Shown in pieces: positions 1 through 14,419 of a stretch of DNA of 64,000 nt. The notes beneath the pieces are model-generated. The model was not told the origin of the DNA. It did no database searches and saw only the letters and a list, made by a program, of their open reading frames with translations. The DNA is taken from contig NC_043015.1 in NCBI RefSeq assembly GCF_006345805.1, forward strand, positions 2,480,001 to 2,544,000, given 5' to 3'. How positions within the stretch are numbered: the first letter of the stretch is position 1; each line of letters starts with the position of its first letter. Made by a program: the position numbers and the translations under genes. The DNA is from Octopus sinensis. Taxonomy: Eukaryota.

Positions 1-399
1 TAACATGGCGATGGTTGTTTTCTGTTAATTTGTATATAACATTTTTAATTTATCATTTCCAATGAAAATATTTTAGCCTTTAAGTAATTATTTCACCGAC
101 GTATAACATTCGTTCAAACCTTTCCCCGCTACTTTTTGCCTAGATAACACGGATCCATCTGTTAATGCTTCTGCTTCTAAAAAAAAAAAAAAAGAAGAAA
201 AAACCAAACATCTTACTACAGGCAAAACAATATTCAGTGTAGCTCACCAATTGATGAACATTAGTGTAAAGCATTTTGAAACCCCTTACTTTCTGATTTA
301 CATTTTGTATCCAGATATTATAGAGATTTTATATCAAATGTAGCATGAACACCTGCCTTGATGAATTCATTTAAGCCCTTATTATTTTGGCTAGCATAT

Positions 400-1330
400 T
401 CCATCCTTTCCTAGACGCCAGATTACAATATCACTCTCCCATCTAACAGTTCGAAACAGCTTATTCTTTTGATTCCTGTAACCTCACTTCTCTTCTATAT
501 AAATCATTTCGAGCACTCTTTTTCTTCGTTCTTATCTCCTAAGCTCCAAATCTCACCCAATCTGCTATAATCGCCGTAAATTCATCTACCACATGCTACA
601 ATAGAATCTATTGTTAAAGGAGTTGGAGACCAATAATTCCATCTGGTTCAATATACAGCTTTCATAGCTGCATATCGAAGCCCCGTTGACTATTGACTAG
701 GCTATCGATCTGCTCACATGCAAAGCTCTATCAATATTCCTTTTTATTTTTTTACCATCGCCTGATATCCTATAGCTTTATTTCTGGGAATGCTCATCCG
801 GAACTTCAGTTCCCTTTTATCACATTTTGCCACTTCTCAAATCTTCTCTAATACGTGTTTTCCTTGTGTTATAAACTACAGTTACGGATCGTTTAGCCCA
901 TGCATCATTCATCCCTTACTAAATTCTATTTCGATATCATAGATGTATCCTTTCCCTAGCTGAATCTAATACAACATCTAAAATTATTTACGCTCAAAGG
1001 AACAAACTCATCTTTCTATCGCACTATTCGTATCCATGAGGAGAGTGAGAAGATTATTTATAGCTCAAAAGTTAACGCTACTGTGTGTTGTATATTGGCA
1101 ACACATTCGGTAACTACCCTGTTGCTTTTGATGTCCGAGGCAACACCATAAAAACCTTCCTTTGTAACGTATATTACCCTATAGCGCAAGGTTTATCTAT
1201 GCCTCAATGTTTACTCTACTACAAAAACAATCTTGTTTGTACTGTGAGTAGGGATTTTGTAAACGGAGCAAGGGAGTCTATCCACGGTTCCTAAATTATA
1301 CATTTTTCCTATATAATACATGTCATATAC
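400..1330 (-). mobile_element. Highly decayed RTE-like LINE reverse transcriptase C-terminal relic
   Basis: On the minus strand, degenerate matches to RTE motifs occur in the expected order: ..RLPCSV.. (cf. GRWPCS) near 1280, a gctatg..gaaccagatgg stretch (cf. AML.GSETW) near 650, and ctaggaaaggatgg (cf. RPRKTW) near 420. Many stops and frameshifts. Confidence 0.4.
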
Positions 1331-2462
1331 ATTTTATCTTATTCATTTGCTTTCCAAGATCGGTTACCTCCTCTTATGCGCAGCTTTACTATTTTCAATG
1401 ACGTATATTTATAAGCACTACATATCTGCAGCACGCATATCTACATTCCAAAACAGAAGGTAACATAGATGATTCATTATATAAGCACACACAAAAAATC
1501 GTCGTACCTATCCTGCACTTTTATTTTCGTTCGAAAATTCCGTTTCATACAAGCCTATTATACCGATTTATATTTTTGTTTCACCATGTGGTTTTGAATA
1601 TAACAATATCATTACTGATAATATCATAGGTCCAGCTTCTCACCTTTAATGAAGCGGAAAAAAAACCAAAGTCCGAAACGTTTCAATCTAAATTGTTTCT
1701 TCTTCACAATATAAATATATACATTACACTGTTTTTAGTTGTTTGGTGGATTTGTATTTTGTCTTTTTCATTTCTCTCAGACTGTTTGGATACTTGATTA
1801 CATTACCATATTCGAAAGGAAGCTTACTTCGATTATAGTTGTATATTCAAATTTAAGCATCGCGGCGTTTGTCAGTAAATGATTCTGCTCGAGATCAAAT
1901 AGTGTTAATTAATAGCTAGATTGAAGAGAAACTTTTGAGGAGTAGTTATAAACTATTAATAATTTATTCCGTTGTTAGTTTATGAGAAAACAGATGCAAA
2001 TTTCGAATACATTGCGATGTATCTTTAAAGAGAAGGATAATTTTTTGCAGCTGCTGTTTTGGCAGTTTGGTTACTGATACGCAAATAGACTTCAACAAAG
2101 AGGAATATATAACAGAAAAAAAGAGAACAAAAATAAAGAGAGAAGACAAAATAACAACATTGCCAAGAATAAAAACACGAACAACCACTTACTCTGATAG
2201 TCGATATTGATATCTTAATGAAAGAAATTATTATCGCTCGTATAATTTGACAGGATAGCCATTTCACAGAAGTGTTAATAGAAAATGTTCTTTAGTTTTC
2301 TTAGACAAGATTTATCGTGATGAAGTTACTGATATCATTTGTTTTGAATTATCTTTCTATTCTCATATAGAAAGATAAAAAGTGTTTGAAATCCCACTCA
2401 GAGTGTAACTGGGAAGTGACTGTTAAAATCGTCTGTCATTTTATATATTCCCTGATATGTGG

Positions 2463-2542
2463 CGATGATAATGATGATGATGATGACGACGATGACGATG
2501 ACGAACTCGACGACGATGGTGATGATAATGATGATGATGATA
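2463..2542 (+). repeat. (GAT/GAC)n microsatellite
   Basis: Direct reading; it explains the poly-Asp and poly-Ile ORFs at 2386-2595. Confidence 0.95.
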
Positions 2543-2778
2543 AAATAATCTTTATTTCGACACACATCTGATCTACAACAACAGGTGAAAATCAACTTAT
2601 GGATCTATCTATCTACCTATATATCTTTCTTTATGTCTGCCTGTCTGTCTGTCTATCATTATAATTACTCTCTCTATGTATGCGCGCATATAAATACATA
2701 TATACTCATATATACACTCTTATGTATGTATACGTACATACATACGTGTATATGCATCTACGTGATATATGTATGCAA

Positions 2779-3073
2779 GTTTGGCTGTTCGGTAAGACGC
2801 TTATTTTCCAGTCACATTTTTCCGGGTTCAGTCCCTCTTCGCGACATCTTGGGTAAGAAAATTCTACTACAGCCTTGGACCGACCAATACCTTGTGAGTA
2901 GATTTGTCAGACGGAAACTGAATGACGCCCGTACCCACTGATGAGAGCATATTAAGGTTCGACAATCGTTTAAAGATTGTTCATAATTTTTCAAATGTGC
3001 GGAGAAATGATTTAAATTTGCCTGGTTTATAATTATACAATATGTTGCATACACACGTAAACACACACGTATG

Positions 3074-3139
<66 letters not shown>

Positions 3140-3440
3140 TAAATATAGATATATATATATATAATATATATATATATATATGTATTTATATGTATATGTA
3201 TGTATGTGTGTGTGTGTGTAAGTATGTATTTGTGTGTCTGTGTTTGTCATCACACCATCACTTGACAACTGGTGTTGGTAAGTTTTTGTCCACGTACGTT
3301 AGCGTTTCTGGAAAAAAAAGAACATAGAATTAGTACTAGGCTTACAAAGAATAAGTCCCGAACCGATTTGTTAGACTAAAAGGCAGTGCGCTCTAGCATG
3401 GCCGCAGTCAAATGACTGGAACAAGTAAAATACTAAAAGA
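2779..3440 (+). mobile_element. Decayed SINE (family of 38593), split by an insert and (TA)n
   Basis: Head and CORE-like part at 2779-2935 (ccgggttcagtccc..cttgggtaag..gacggaaactgaa). Tail at about 3215-3440 (gcttacaaagaataagtcccg..gcatggccgcagtcaaatgactg). Confidence 0.8.
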
Positions 3441-3563
3441 ATATACATATACGTACATGCAGAATTGCGTACTCACACATATATGTGTATATATGTATAT
3501 GCGAATGCATATACATATATATGCATACATTCATTTATGTATAAATATATATATATATGCATG

Positions 3564-3634
<71 letters not shown>

Positions 3635-3944
3635 CATGTATATATATATATATATATGTGCAAAATATTGTTTGTTAGTACACACAATAATACTCACTAG
3701 GTCACAGATATAAAAATAATTGGAAACCAAACAAGTTTGTTTGGTTGTATTCATTTGTTATTTGTGCAATTATTAGCCAGCCGCTTTTGTATGGTATCAT
3801 GTTGATTGGGGAACGCTATGAAATCAACCTCAGATTAGCAGCATTCTCGAATTTTCGTTTAACATTTTAAGACAATCATCAAAATTACAAGGATATAAAC
3901 ACACCAATAGTAATTTTCATGCCATGCTAAACAACCGTATATAC

Positions 3945-4152
3945 ATACCTAAAAGCACTCTTTTACACACACGTATAGATTTATACACGAATATAAACAG
4001 TCACTCCCAATGTCACATAGATAGACACACACATATGCCTGCGTATACCTACAAGCAATCTCTTACACACACGTATACATATATACACGCATATTAGCAA
4101 ACAGTCACTCCCAATCTCACATAGATAGGCACACACATATACCTGCGTATAC
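3945..4152 (+). repeat. Two-copy tandem duplication of about 103 bp
   Basis: aaacagtcactcccaat(g/c)tcacatagatag(a/g)cacacacatat(g/a)cctgcgtatac occurs twice. Confidence 0.85.
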
Positions 4153-4343
4153 AGAGGTGCGAATGGATATTGAGGCAGCTTTCTTTAATATTCATGGGAA
4201 TAAACATTTAGTGTAAGGTAACATCGTACTTGGATTTTGAATGGATTCGTCCTGTAATATAAATTCCTCAGGCATTTATCTAAATACTACTAAAACTCTG
4301 TGATTGCTTGCTTGCGTGTCCGCTTGTCTGTAATATGTTACAG

Positions 4344-4656
4344 TGAGGGCGCGTGGCTTAGTGGTTAGGGCATTCGGCTCATGATCGTAAGGTTGTGAGT
4401 TGGATTCCCGGCGACGCGTTGTGTCCTTGAGTAAGACACTTTATTTCACTCAGCTGGCAAAAATGAGTTGTACTTGTATTTCAAAGGGTCAGCCTTGTCA
4501 CTCTCTGTGTCACGCTGATTATCCCCGAGAACTACGTTAAGGGTACACGTGTCTGTGGAATGCTCAGCCATTTGCACGTTAATTTCACGAGCAAACTGTT
4601 CCGTTGATCGTATCAGCTGGGACCCTCGTCGTCGTAACCGGCGGAGTCTTAAAAAA
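4344..4656 (+). mobile_element. tRNA-derived CORE-like SINE with 12-bp TSD
   Basis: A box tggcttagtgg, B-box-like gagttggattccc, ttgtgtccttgagtaagacacttt domain and A tail. TSD aatatgttacag at 4332-4343 and 4657-4668. Confidence 0.92.
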
Positions 4657-5131
4657 AATATGTTACAGCCAAGCTGACCCATAATAGGAGAATACTCTAA
4701 AATATGAATACAAACAGAATAAAAACAATCACGAATTCTCGAGTTATGTGGTTTTGGTGGGATCGTTTCCACATATTTAAGAAGTGAAACCTGGAGTTAT
4801 CGCCTTTTATCATGAACCCCTTTAAAAATAGCTAGACAGACAAATAAAGTAAGGTATTATTGAAATATGAATTCAAACGGAATAAAACAAGTTTCACGTT
4901 AATCAGACGACGGCTTCCCGAGATGCGCGTATTGTAGGGTGTTCCCAGTTGCAGTCACATATCGTGAGATTTTATAATTACGTCAACGCTCCCAAATTTG
5001 CCATACTGAAATAATTTTCCACATATATATATATATATGTAATAATAATAATAATATTAGGGAGTAAATCCAAACTTACAGGGAAAAATTAGATTTAGGA
5101 TTTGCCGAATAGTGTTTTAATCTCTAAGTTA

Positions 5132-5197
<66 letters not shown>

Positions 5198-5510
5198 TGT
5201 AGGAGGGGGGTAGGTGAGTGTAGGTATATATTCCTGTCTATGTGTGTCCAACATTCATCATTTACAACTATTGCTGGTACATTTATGTCCTATAAGTTAG
5301 CGGTTCGGCAAAAGTGACGGTCGAATAAGTACATGGGCTACTAATAATAAGACCAGATGTCGTTTTCTTCGACACACCCCCTTTCAGTCTTCTCTCCTAC
5401 ATTCCTGCGGTGGAATGACTGAAATACGTAAAATAATAATAAATATATACATATATATACTAATGGATATATATATGTATATATATATATATATACTAAT
5501 GGATATATAT

Positions 5511-5557
<47 letters not shown>

Positions 5558-5644
5558 TATATATATAATATATAATATATATATATATATATTATACTAA
5601 TGGATATATATATATATATTTGTTTGTGTGTGGTGTGCATGTAT

Positions 5645-5830
5645 ATACATATGCATATATGTAATTGAAATATACTGAAAATCAAAAGACAAAGTCAAGT
5701 GTATAAAAACAAACAGGTGTATTATTTTGCCGCTAGGGAAAATTAGAAAATATGTTACGTTTTGCGCCTACCCTCCTCAATATGAAGAAAGACGAGGAAA
5801 TAAATAGAGGGAAAAATAAATCTTCGGAGT
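5645..5830 (-). mobile_element. Penelope-like pLTR stub abutting (TA)n
   Basis: The minus strand reads ..gaggagggtaggcgcaaaacgtaa..aataatacacctg..tatacac. It resembles the stub at 43430-43610 (gaagagcgtaggctcgtaac..aatacacct) and looks like a decayed hammerhead-bearing LTR. Confidence 0.45.
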
Positions 5831-5952
5831 TAGCGGACAATCATGGCGAGTGTATATGAATATATGTGTGTGTGTGTGTATGAGTATGTGTCTGTGGGCA
5901 TCTATGTATGTATACAATAAGCAAATAAATAACCAAGATCCAGGGAATAGTG

Positions 5953-6037
5953 CGTTACGGCCGTTTCCGGCGACTCCATTTAATCGACCAATGTAAGCAT
6001 TGCATCAGCTTGAAATGCAGCGCCTTCCTCAGATGAA
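5953..6037 (-). ncRNA. Degenerate minimal hammerhead motif in a PLE-LTR stub
   Basis: Minus strand CTGAGGA-aGGCG..CGCCg-GAAA-C-GGCC-G-TA with a palindromic loop III. Stem I does not pair, so probably inactive. Confidence 0.5.
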
Positions 6038-6057
6038 TAAGCCCATATTGTTTTTCA

Positions 6058-6410
6058 GAGGAGGCGCAATGGCCCAGTGGTTAGGGCAGCGGACTCGTGG
6101 TCAAAGGATCGCGGTTTCGATTCCCAGACCGGGCGTTGTGAGTGTTTATTGAGCGAAAACACCTAAAGCTCCACGAGGCTCCGGCAGGGGATGGTGGTGA
6201 TCCCTGATGTACTCTTTCACCACAACTTTCTCTCACTCTTACTTCCTGTTTCTGTTGTACCTGTATTTCAAAGGGCCGGCCTTGTCACTCTCTGTGACAC
6301 GTGTCTGTGGAGTGCTCAGCCACTTACACGTTAATTTCAAGAGCAGGCTGTTCCGTTGAATCGGATCAACTGGAACCCTCGTCGTCGTAACCGATGGAGT
6401 GCTTCCATCC
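6058..6410 (+). mobile_element. tRNA(Arg)-like SINE with 11-bp TSD
   Basis: ggcgcaatggcccagtggttagggcagcggactcg..gtttcgattccc head and cctcgtcgtcgtaaccga tail. TSD attgtttttca at 6047-6057 and 6411-6421. Confidence 0.93.
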
Positions 6411-7227
6411 ATTGTTTTTCAACATACTGGATGCACAATTACGTATTCTAGCAAACTTCTCATCAGAACTAGAGAATAAAACAATTGCATGGTTGTTGCT
6501 ATTATTGTAGCAAAATTAAAATACCCCATCTACAACTTGCAATGGCAGAAGAGAATAAAAATGAGGTGTAGAGATGGTAATATAGCAACATTTATCTTTC
6601 TCCTTATCTCAATCAAAAGATGAAATGCAGCTAGTATTCCATATCCACTGAGAATTAAAACCACTGGGAATTGACAATTAAGTTCTTGTGCTGGTAATAA
6701 TTTAATTAATGTCAGATACTCTTCCCTATCCCTATTTTACTGTGGCTATAAATTCGATATGATTGCATAAGGGAACATGCCTCAGAAGATGTCAGGAAGA
6801 TAATGGTATATGTCCAGAAATACGAAGGGTATGTGTGACGTAAACTATTTTATTATTATAAGATAAAAGGGGCCTAAAATAGAAAACAAAGTAAATCACA
6901 ATGAGAACTAAATGCGTATTAAGTGTACAGGGGTAAAATGTGTTTCCAGATTTCGCAAAATCCATATATTAGTATATTTTGTATAATAAATAATAACATT
7001 CTCAAATTTGCAAAGGGATTTAAGACTAGATGATATATAAACCAAATTAAGGTATTCAAAAATAGAGTATTTTTATATAAAATAGACACCTCATAATGCA
7101 TCGTTGATGCAAACTGTTAGGGTTGTCATGAGAAAAATCTTTCAACAACGAACCCATAATTACATCCAGATTTCATCCGAGAAAGATGTATACTTCTTAT
7201 ATTCACTGAAAACAAGGGATTAAAGGC

Positions 7228-7315
7228 ATGCATGCATACATACATACATACATACATACATACATACACATATACACACACACACTCACACACACATACA
7301 CACACACACACACAT

Positions 7316-7362
<47 letters not shown>

Positions 7363-7410
7363 ATATATATAATATATATATATATATATTACATATATAT
7401 ATATACATAC
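7228..7410 (+). repeat. Compound (CATA)n/(CA)n/(TA)n microsatellite
   Basis: Direct reading. Confidence 0.95.
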
Positions 7411-9621
7411 TCATCGTGGCTGTGTCAGAATACACTTGGCACACGTGATGCGTGATATAACGGAAACCAAATTCAAGTGTTGTAACGAATTCTCAAATCA
7501 GAGAATATTTTACTACATTTGTTAAAATATGTCCAGTGGAGGATACTACTCATCAAGTAGGTGATAGTCACTTGAGATGAGAAATTTCGTGTGAATTCAT
7601 TTTGCGTTTAACAGTCTATAACACGGTGAATACACTTACAGCTTTAAAGTACCCCATAATTACTTGTGCATAAGAACGTATACATGTATATTCATACATA
7701 CAGATAGACATACACAATATAGACGTACCAATTTGTTAAGTTTTGAATATGCTGACTCGAAACCTATTGAGTTTTCTGCTAATTAGTATCAGCTTTCATA
7801 CGGAAGAATTCCTGTGTTTTCCTGTGTAAAATGATGTGTTGCATTTCGAAAGTCATGCAAGGACTTTTTACACCTTGTCAGTACTGATAGATCAAAATAT
7901 ATTCCCAGTAACACTTAAGACAGTATCATCTTCTAATTTTAAAGGGATCTCCTAATACAATACTTTTCCTTGCATTTAACAAGAGAGTAATTTAGTCGTT
8001 ATTTGCTCACTATTGCACACTTAGATGATTGGTGTATTACTTTATAGTAAAATTAGCCTGGTCCATTACAACACTAAATTATATGCTTGTGGCTTCTGTT
8101 AAAATTGGTTCACAACAACAATGCTAATATGGCGAACTTGTTTTGCATTGTTTCATTTTAGTAATTACACTTGTATATTACACTTGTCAGTTACACTAAT
8201 GAATCATAAGTTGATGACTACCACATCTTTATCATGCAAGATTAGTGGAGTACAGTCGTCCGAAATTTCCTGTCCGTTGTCCAGTTTTAACCAATGCATA
8301 CTTGCCCCAGACGCAGAGGAATACCATTGTTCATGGCAACAGCTCATTCACTCGTCAATGTCAACCATAAATACAGGCTAGAGAGTAACATATTGCTCTG
8401 CCTGCTTTAATTGCTGAATATTAATTTATTCTTAAGGTTTCCGTATTTACACATTGATTACATAATAAATAGCATAACTTGTTTAATTTAGTATTCCACT
8501 GCTTGGAGCACATTGTTTTGTGGTGCAAATTCAAATACTACAAAATGTTATAGAAATTAATAAAAAAAAAAATTAGTGAATCTATTCTTTACTGTGAATG
8601 TGTACTGTTACCGTTAGTCTCATTCATAGTGAAAAAGAAAGAAAACAAACGATTTCTAATCTCCTTTCTTTCGGTAAAATAAAAATGCCTACATGTTAAT
8701 ATTCATGTGTATGATTTTAGTGATTTTAATATTTGTCAAATATTACAAGCTCAATTAATGTGCCAAAAGCATAAAATGGTATTCGATTGAAAATTATGTA
8801 AATGTCGATTCGTGATAACAAATTGAGGATTGTGGCGATGATGAAAACTAAAGAAAGACATACGAAGTTCCTTGCCTGCATTGACTTATTTCCTATTATA
8901 CTTTTCAGTATATTGCCGTTGAATGTTATTTGAATGACATATTTCCGATTTAATTGAAAAGCAATTTGAGAATTTGTAACTTCAGTTTTATTTAAGCATC
9001 AGTTTAATTACTGTTTTGGAGAGTTATGTGTGAGGCTTAGACTGGGCATGCAGTACACTACCTGTAAACTCTAGGGGCCCTATCTAATATTTTGTTTATT
9101 ACAAGTGGCGAGAACAATAACAATATGTCGTGTAAACGCACGAAGAAGCGCCTGCAATATTTGGTTAAGTGAATAACTTCATATTAAATTTAATGAAATC
9201 CTGAAATATAGTAGTATTTAATGGAGGGGAAGTCTTCATCATAAACGATTCGCAGAATCATCGCAGAATCATACCAGTGATAGTTACAATTATTTAAAAT
9301 TTCAATTCAAATGCTAATGTTATTTAAATGCTATACGTTCATCATTGCAGGGATAATAAAATATGCAGAATCCGAGTTCGTGAGATATTCCTTAGGAATT
9401 ATGTGTCACTGATATCACCAGCCTACACAAAAAACACGAAAGACCGAGACAAAGTTTCTTTGCTTCGACTAGAAGATCGAGGACCACCACTAACAATATA
9501 TAGTTGTTTATGTTTTATTGTGGTTAGTATTTCTGTGTATATTAGTGCAGCGAGCAGCCAGAATAGTTATCACACCGGACAAAATACTTTGCATCTTTCC
9601 ATCTGTTTTCATGTTTGAGTA

Positions 9622-9778
9622 TAAATTCTGCGGAGGTCGAGTTTGCTCTTCATCCTTTCTGAGGTTGAGAAAATAAATACCAGTTCAACACAAGGGTCAA
9701 TATATATTTCTTTATTGCCCACAAGGGGCTACGCATTTCGCCCGACGTGCTAATGATTCTGCCAGCTCGCAGCCTTTG
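9622..9778. mobile_element. Two Nin-domain SINE fragments, tail to tail
   Basis: A plus-strand Nin domain (gaggtcgagtttgctcttcatcctttc) is followed by a minus-strand copy whose head is joined directly to its tail (gcgtagcc|ccttgtggg), an internal deletion at a tagcc microhomology. Confidence 0.75.
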
Positions 9779-11308
9779 TCAGCTATAATCGATATAACTT
9801 CTCACGCAAAAGCGCCAAAAATTTGAAGTCAGTATTACCGTATATTTGTTTATTATTCAGAAAACTTGTCACAGTTAAATGTAGTTTAACAATATGCACG
9901 ACAGAACAACGACAGAAGTATGTTGCTATTATTTTCTGATTATTGTCGATTCAAACAAATTATAAACGCCTTCTGGAAATCGCCTCCTCACTACCATCGT
10001 ACTATTGATGAAATAAATTATAATATCTCAACAATACTTACAAATGTACTAGGAGGAAAAAAAACAAAACTGAAGTATAAGGATATTCATGTCTGAAATA
10101 TGAACATTAGAAAAGTTATGTTCTTGCTCTTATTTTCAACCGAATCATCATTATTATAAGAGGGTATTTTAAGTTTGTTTTATTCTTATTGTACCTGAGT
10201 CGTAATTTGATTTCGATATATGCTACAGCATGAAAAATAGAGCGAATGCTAGCTATCGTTTTAATCGTTTCGTTATTTTATTGATGTCCACAAAAGTGAA
10301 AATAGAAAGCTTTTAATAATTTATTTTATTTCAGGCAGTAACTATCAAGAGCGAGACAGTGAAATACATTGAGTAATAATACTCCATCATATGTTCCACG
10401 GTACTTGTATTCAGAGCTATGAGAGCATAGAAAACAAAATCAACTTATATTTCTTGCATACAAGATTATAATCTCCCAATGGTTTTAGGGGCAGATCATG
10501 ACACGACATAAAAGCACAGAAGAATAGAACAACTAAAGAAAATTCTATATCCAAAATCTGCAATGAAAAGATGATAAACAATTGTCATTGAAACACGTTA
10601 AGAAGATTTTATTCATAGTTTCCTGAAATACTTGGAAACCAAACCTGATACACGAAATATTCTGGTAACTACGTCAACGAAAAAAAAAATAACTGAAGAA
10701 ACATCATAAAACGTGATATTCATGCAGATATGATTAAAGAAAGATCACGAAAAAGGTATAGTAAAGATGTAAAATAAATTTGAGTTTCGTTTTCTAATCC
10801 ACATTAACTTCCAAGTTTCTGTCAAGATATTAACGATTTGTGATCACATTAAACAACAAGAGAATAACACCACACACACACACGGATTCATAGATCGCTG
10901 AAATACGAATATAATTCCGTTTTCGGTTATAAATATATGAAATAAACCCCTATACAACTGTCCGTTAAATGTATAGCTTGTGTCTCGCACACAAAATTTT
11001 ATTGTCGATGCCATGTGTAATTAGATGTTACTTATGGTTTCCTCTCCTTTCACATTCAGCTCAGATCACGTATACATACATAAATACACGTATGAATTCA
11101 CACACAGATATAGCTCCGTACATAATTCATACGTGTATCTGTCTTTCTGAGTGCATATGGGGGTATGTTGTGTGCATGAAAGGTGATTATATCGTGTACA
11201 CAATAGAAAATAAATGTGAAGTCAGTACTTCAAATTGGCAACATTCACAAGGTGTCTTTTATATTTTCAATTGCAAAATGAGATGATTGTCTTATAAATT
11301 TAACATGT

Positions 11309-11354
11309 CTACTACTACTACTACTACTACAACTACAACAACAACAACTACCAT

Positions 11355-11395
<41 letters not shown>

Positions 11396-11476
11396 TAACT
11401 AACAACAGCAACACCACCACAACCAACACCATCACTACCACTACTAGTACAACTACTACTACTACTGCTACAGCTG

Positions 11477-11511
<35 letters not shown>

Positions 11512-11562
11512 GCTGCTACTACTACTAAAACTACTACTAATACTACTACTACTACTATCATC
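11309..11562 (+). repeat. (ACT/ACA/ACC)n trinucleotide microsatellite
   Basis: Direct reading; source of the poly-Thr and poly-Val ORFs. Confidence 0.95.
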
Positions 11563-12319
11563 ATCATGATCTTAATCAGGAAACAATAACTGGTTCACTT
11601 CACTGTAACTCATTGTTTCATGTGCAGAAATTTTATCTGCAATCACTTTAGTCAATATCCGACAATATTAAACTACATATGCAATACACCCGATAGGTAA
11701 ATTGATACATATACGCGTAAAGCAAAGATAGATAAACATGCAGACAGAGACACGTTGATGAAAGGCACACGCTAAGACATACACACATACACGTGTGTAT
11801 GCATATATGTATGTAACATAATAACACACGTTTTTGCATATACTAGTGTTTGTATACACAGGATGCAACACAGCCATAGATATTTACAGGTATAAATACT
11901 GAATATGATAAAAGATTTCTCGTATCGTAGGAAGATTTAATCACATATACAGAAAATTATTAGCAACTGTGAAACGAAATATTTGTCTGAATAATTTCCA
12001 TACGTAATGCAATAAAATATAACATTATTATAGAAGAAACTACAACTGATAAAATTCATGAAAATATAATGTGCCTCAGTATAATATATTGTGTTTCTGG
12101 ATGTGTAGAGATGATGGTGTAGAAATATTCTATGGTTTGATTAGGTAGTTTTCTTTCTTATCTATATTGTGAGTTAAAATCTTGCTAGTTTTAACTTTTG
12201 GCGACCAGAGAGACAAATAAAGGGTAGAAAAGTTCTAATTTTCCTGTTAATACCCCACAAAATGTGCAGTCCTTTTGGTTATATAGACGTTAAGCTCGAC
12301 ACAAGAAGCCGATTATATA

Positions 12320-12702
12320 TCTTTATATATAAACGTCAAGTTGTGTGTCTGTCTCCTACGATTTAGATTCCTAACTACTCCCATATTTTGCGGTGCAGTT
12401 TAACCAAAACCGGGTATCTTATAGTCGTGATTCATATCGAGGCGCGCGTCTACGATGAGTCTACTATTTAAAAAAAAAATTACCATATTTTTTTCCATTT
12501 TAATGCATTTTCTTCGCTATTATATAAGGGAAGTAACTCTCCAAAAATGTCTACGATGAGTCAACAATTTAAAAAAAATATTTACCATCATTTTTTTCCA
12601 TTTTTAATGCATTTGTTTGCTATTTTTTTGCTATAACTCTCTAAAAATGCTTATATAGTTATTTCCCTTACAAACCCGAGCAACGCCGGGCGATACTGCT
12701 AG
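12320..12702 (+). mobile_element. Non-autonomous Helitron
   Basis: A|TC 5' end, subterminal hairpin cccgagcaacgccggg (12675-12690), 3' CTAG|T end, and insertion between A and T. Internal duplication of gtctacgatgagtc..ttaatgcatt. Confidence 0.88.
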
Positions 12703-13824
12703 TCCCTTAATAAATCTCAAAAACGTATGAATATTGAAGACAAAGAAACATGGTTTTATACGGTGTAGTGATCTATAACAAATGTAACAAGTTTTTCTTT
12801 CACATGCCATATAATGAATATTATACATAGAGCCAAATTTGAATAAGTTCATACAAAATACCACAACATAAAAAGAATAGTGTTTATATACATGCAATAT
12901 TTCTTTCATAAAGTGCTCGAAGCAACATCGTTGATCAGGTGCTAAACAACACAGGAAACAACTCTGAGTATTTCTTCGCGAGTATTGTTCTTTCTCATAT
13001 AAGTTACGCTATATCAGGTCATGTGAAAACAAGGAATATATTTCCTAGAAAAATTCAGATGTCGATCCCGCCAATGATATTTTTAACTTGCGATAGATAA
13101 CGTCTCATCTGTCTTTACTCTAGTCGCATCACGTCCAACTCTATTGAGAGACGTCATGATGCAGAATTTTAAAATACCATGTGCTTATGTGGCATGTGTG
13201 TACAAGATGACTTTTTAATGATTCTTCGTTAACTTAGAATTGCTTCTGTAGAAATTAGTTTTATGTTTAATTAGCAAATGCAGCGTAGCTTCTGGTATTT
13301 AAATGTGCAAGTTGTCAGTTACCGTTCTTAATTAATGAATAACGAGGAAGGTTTTAGTTTCAGGGTTATAAGCTAACCTTATTGAAAGATAACAGAAACA
13401 ATAATGCATAAAAAGAAAACCAAAATGGATTTGATTATTCTGCAATGTCAGTATAAGCTTTAACGAAGGAAAGTTCACGAAATACGAAGTGAAGCGAAAT
13501 AATATTTCCTCACACATTCGTATTTCAAACATTTAGAAATACACACACAACAACAACAACAACACATTGCAAGACATGTATCAGAATTTTGCTCGCAGAT
13601 TCAAGCCGATGTGTAAATGGAAGAGACTATTTCTGTAATAAGTGACAAAACAACGTATCTTTCACATGCAGATGTATGGTTAACCAAACACAATTCAAAA
13701 GTACACGTTTTGTTATTCTGGCAAACAGATAATATTCAAAGGGAAAAAAAAAATAAACGAATAAATTCATAACACAACACGATACATAGATACACACAAA
13801 TGCTTAACCCACCATATACGAGTA

Positions 13825-14107
<283 letters not shown>

Positions 14108-14108
<1 letters not shown>

Positions 14109-14418
14109 GAGGCGCAATGTCCCAGTGGTTAGGGCAGCGGACTCGCGGTCGTAGGATCGTGGTTTCGATTCCCAGACCGGGTGTTGTGAGTGTTTATTGA
14201 GCGAAAACACCTGAAGCTCCACGAGTCTCCGGCAGCGGGTTGTGGCGATCCCTGCTGTACTCTTTCGCCACAACTTTCTCTCACTCTTTCGTCTGTTGCC
14301 TGCTCACTTAGCCAGCGGGGTTGCGTCATTTGACGGCTAAAACAATGCGAAGCGCATTTTGACCACCGATATGTAGCAACATCTGATAGCCTGGTCGGTC
14401 ACGGTGATCACGGTGATA
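14108..14418 (+). mobile_element. tRNA(Arg)-like SINE with an alternative 3' tail
   Basis: Head and body match the 6058 copy up to caactttctctcactctt, then a different tail ending in cacggtgatcacggtgat. Confidence 0.9.
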
Positions 14419-14419
14419 T

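Noticed and set aside
1645-1690. Hammerhead-like ttaatga..ccGAAACGTT
   Set aside because: Two core mismatches and no stem I; at most a dead relic.
4900-4935. cagacga-cggcttccc-gagat-gcgc-gta resembling a hammerhead
   Set aside because: Several core substitutions and no stem I.
6061-6135. tRNA-Arg-like sequences (also at 14108, 36810, 62280) and other tRNA-like heads
   Set aside because: They are SINE heads: they continue into SINE bodies with TSDs and lack a proper acceptor stem.
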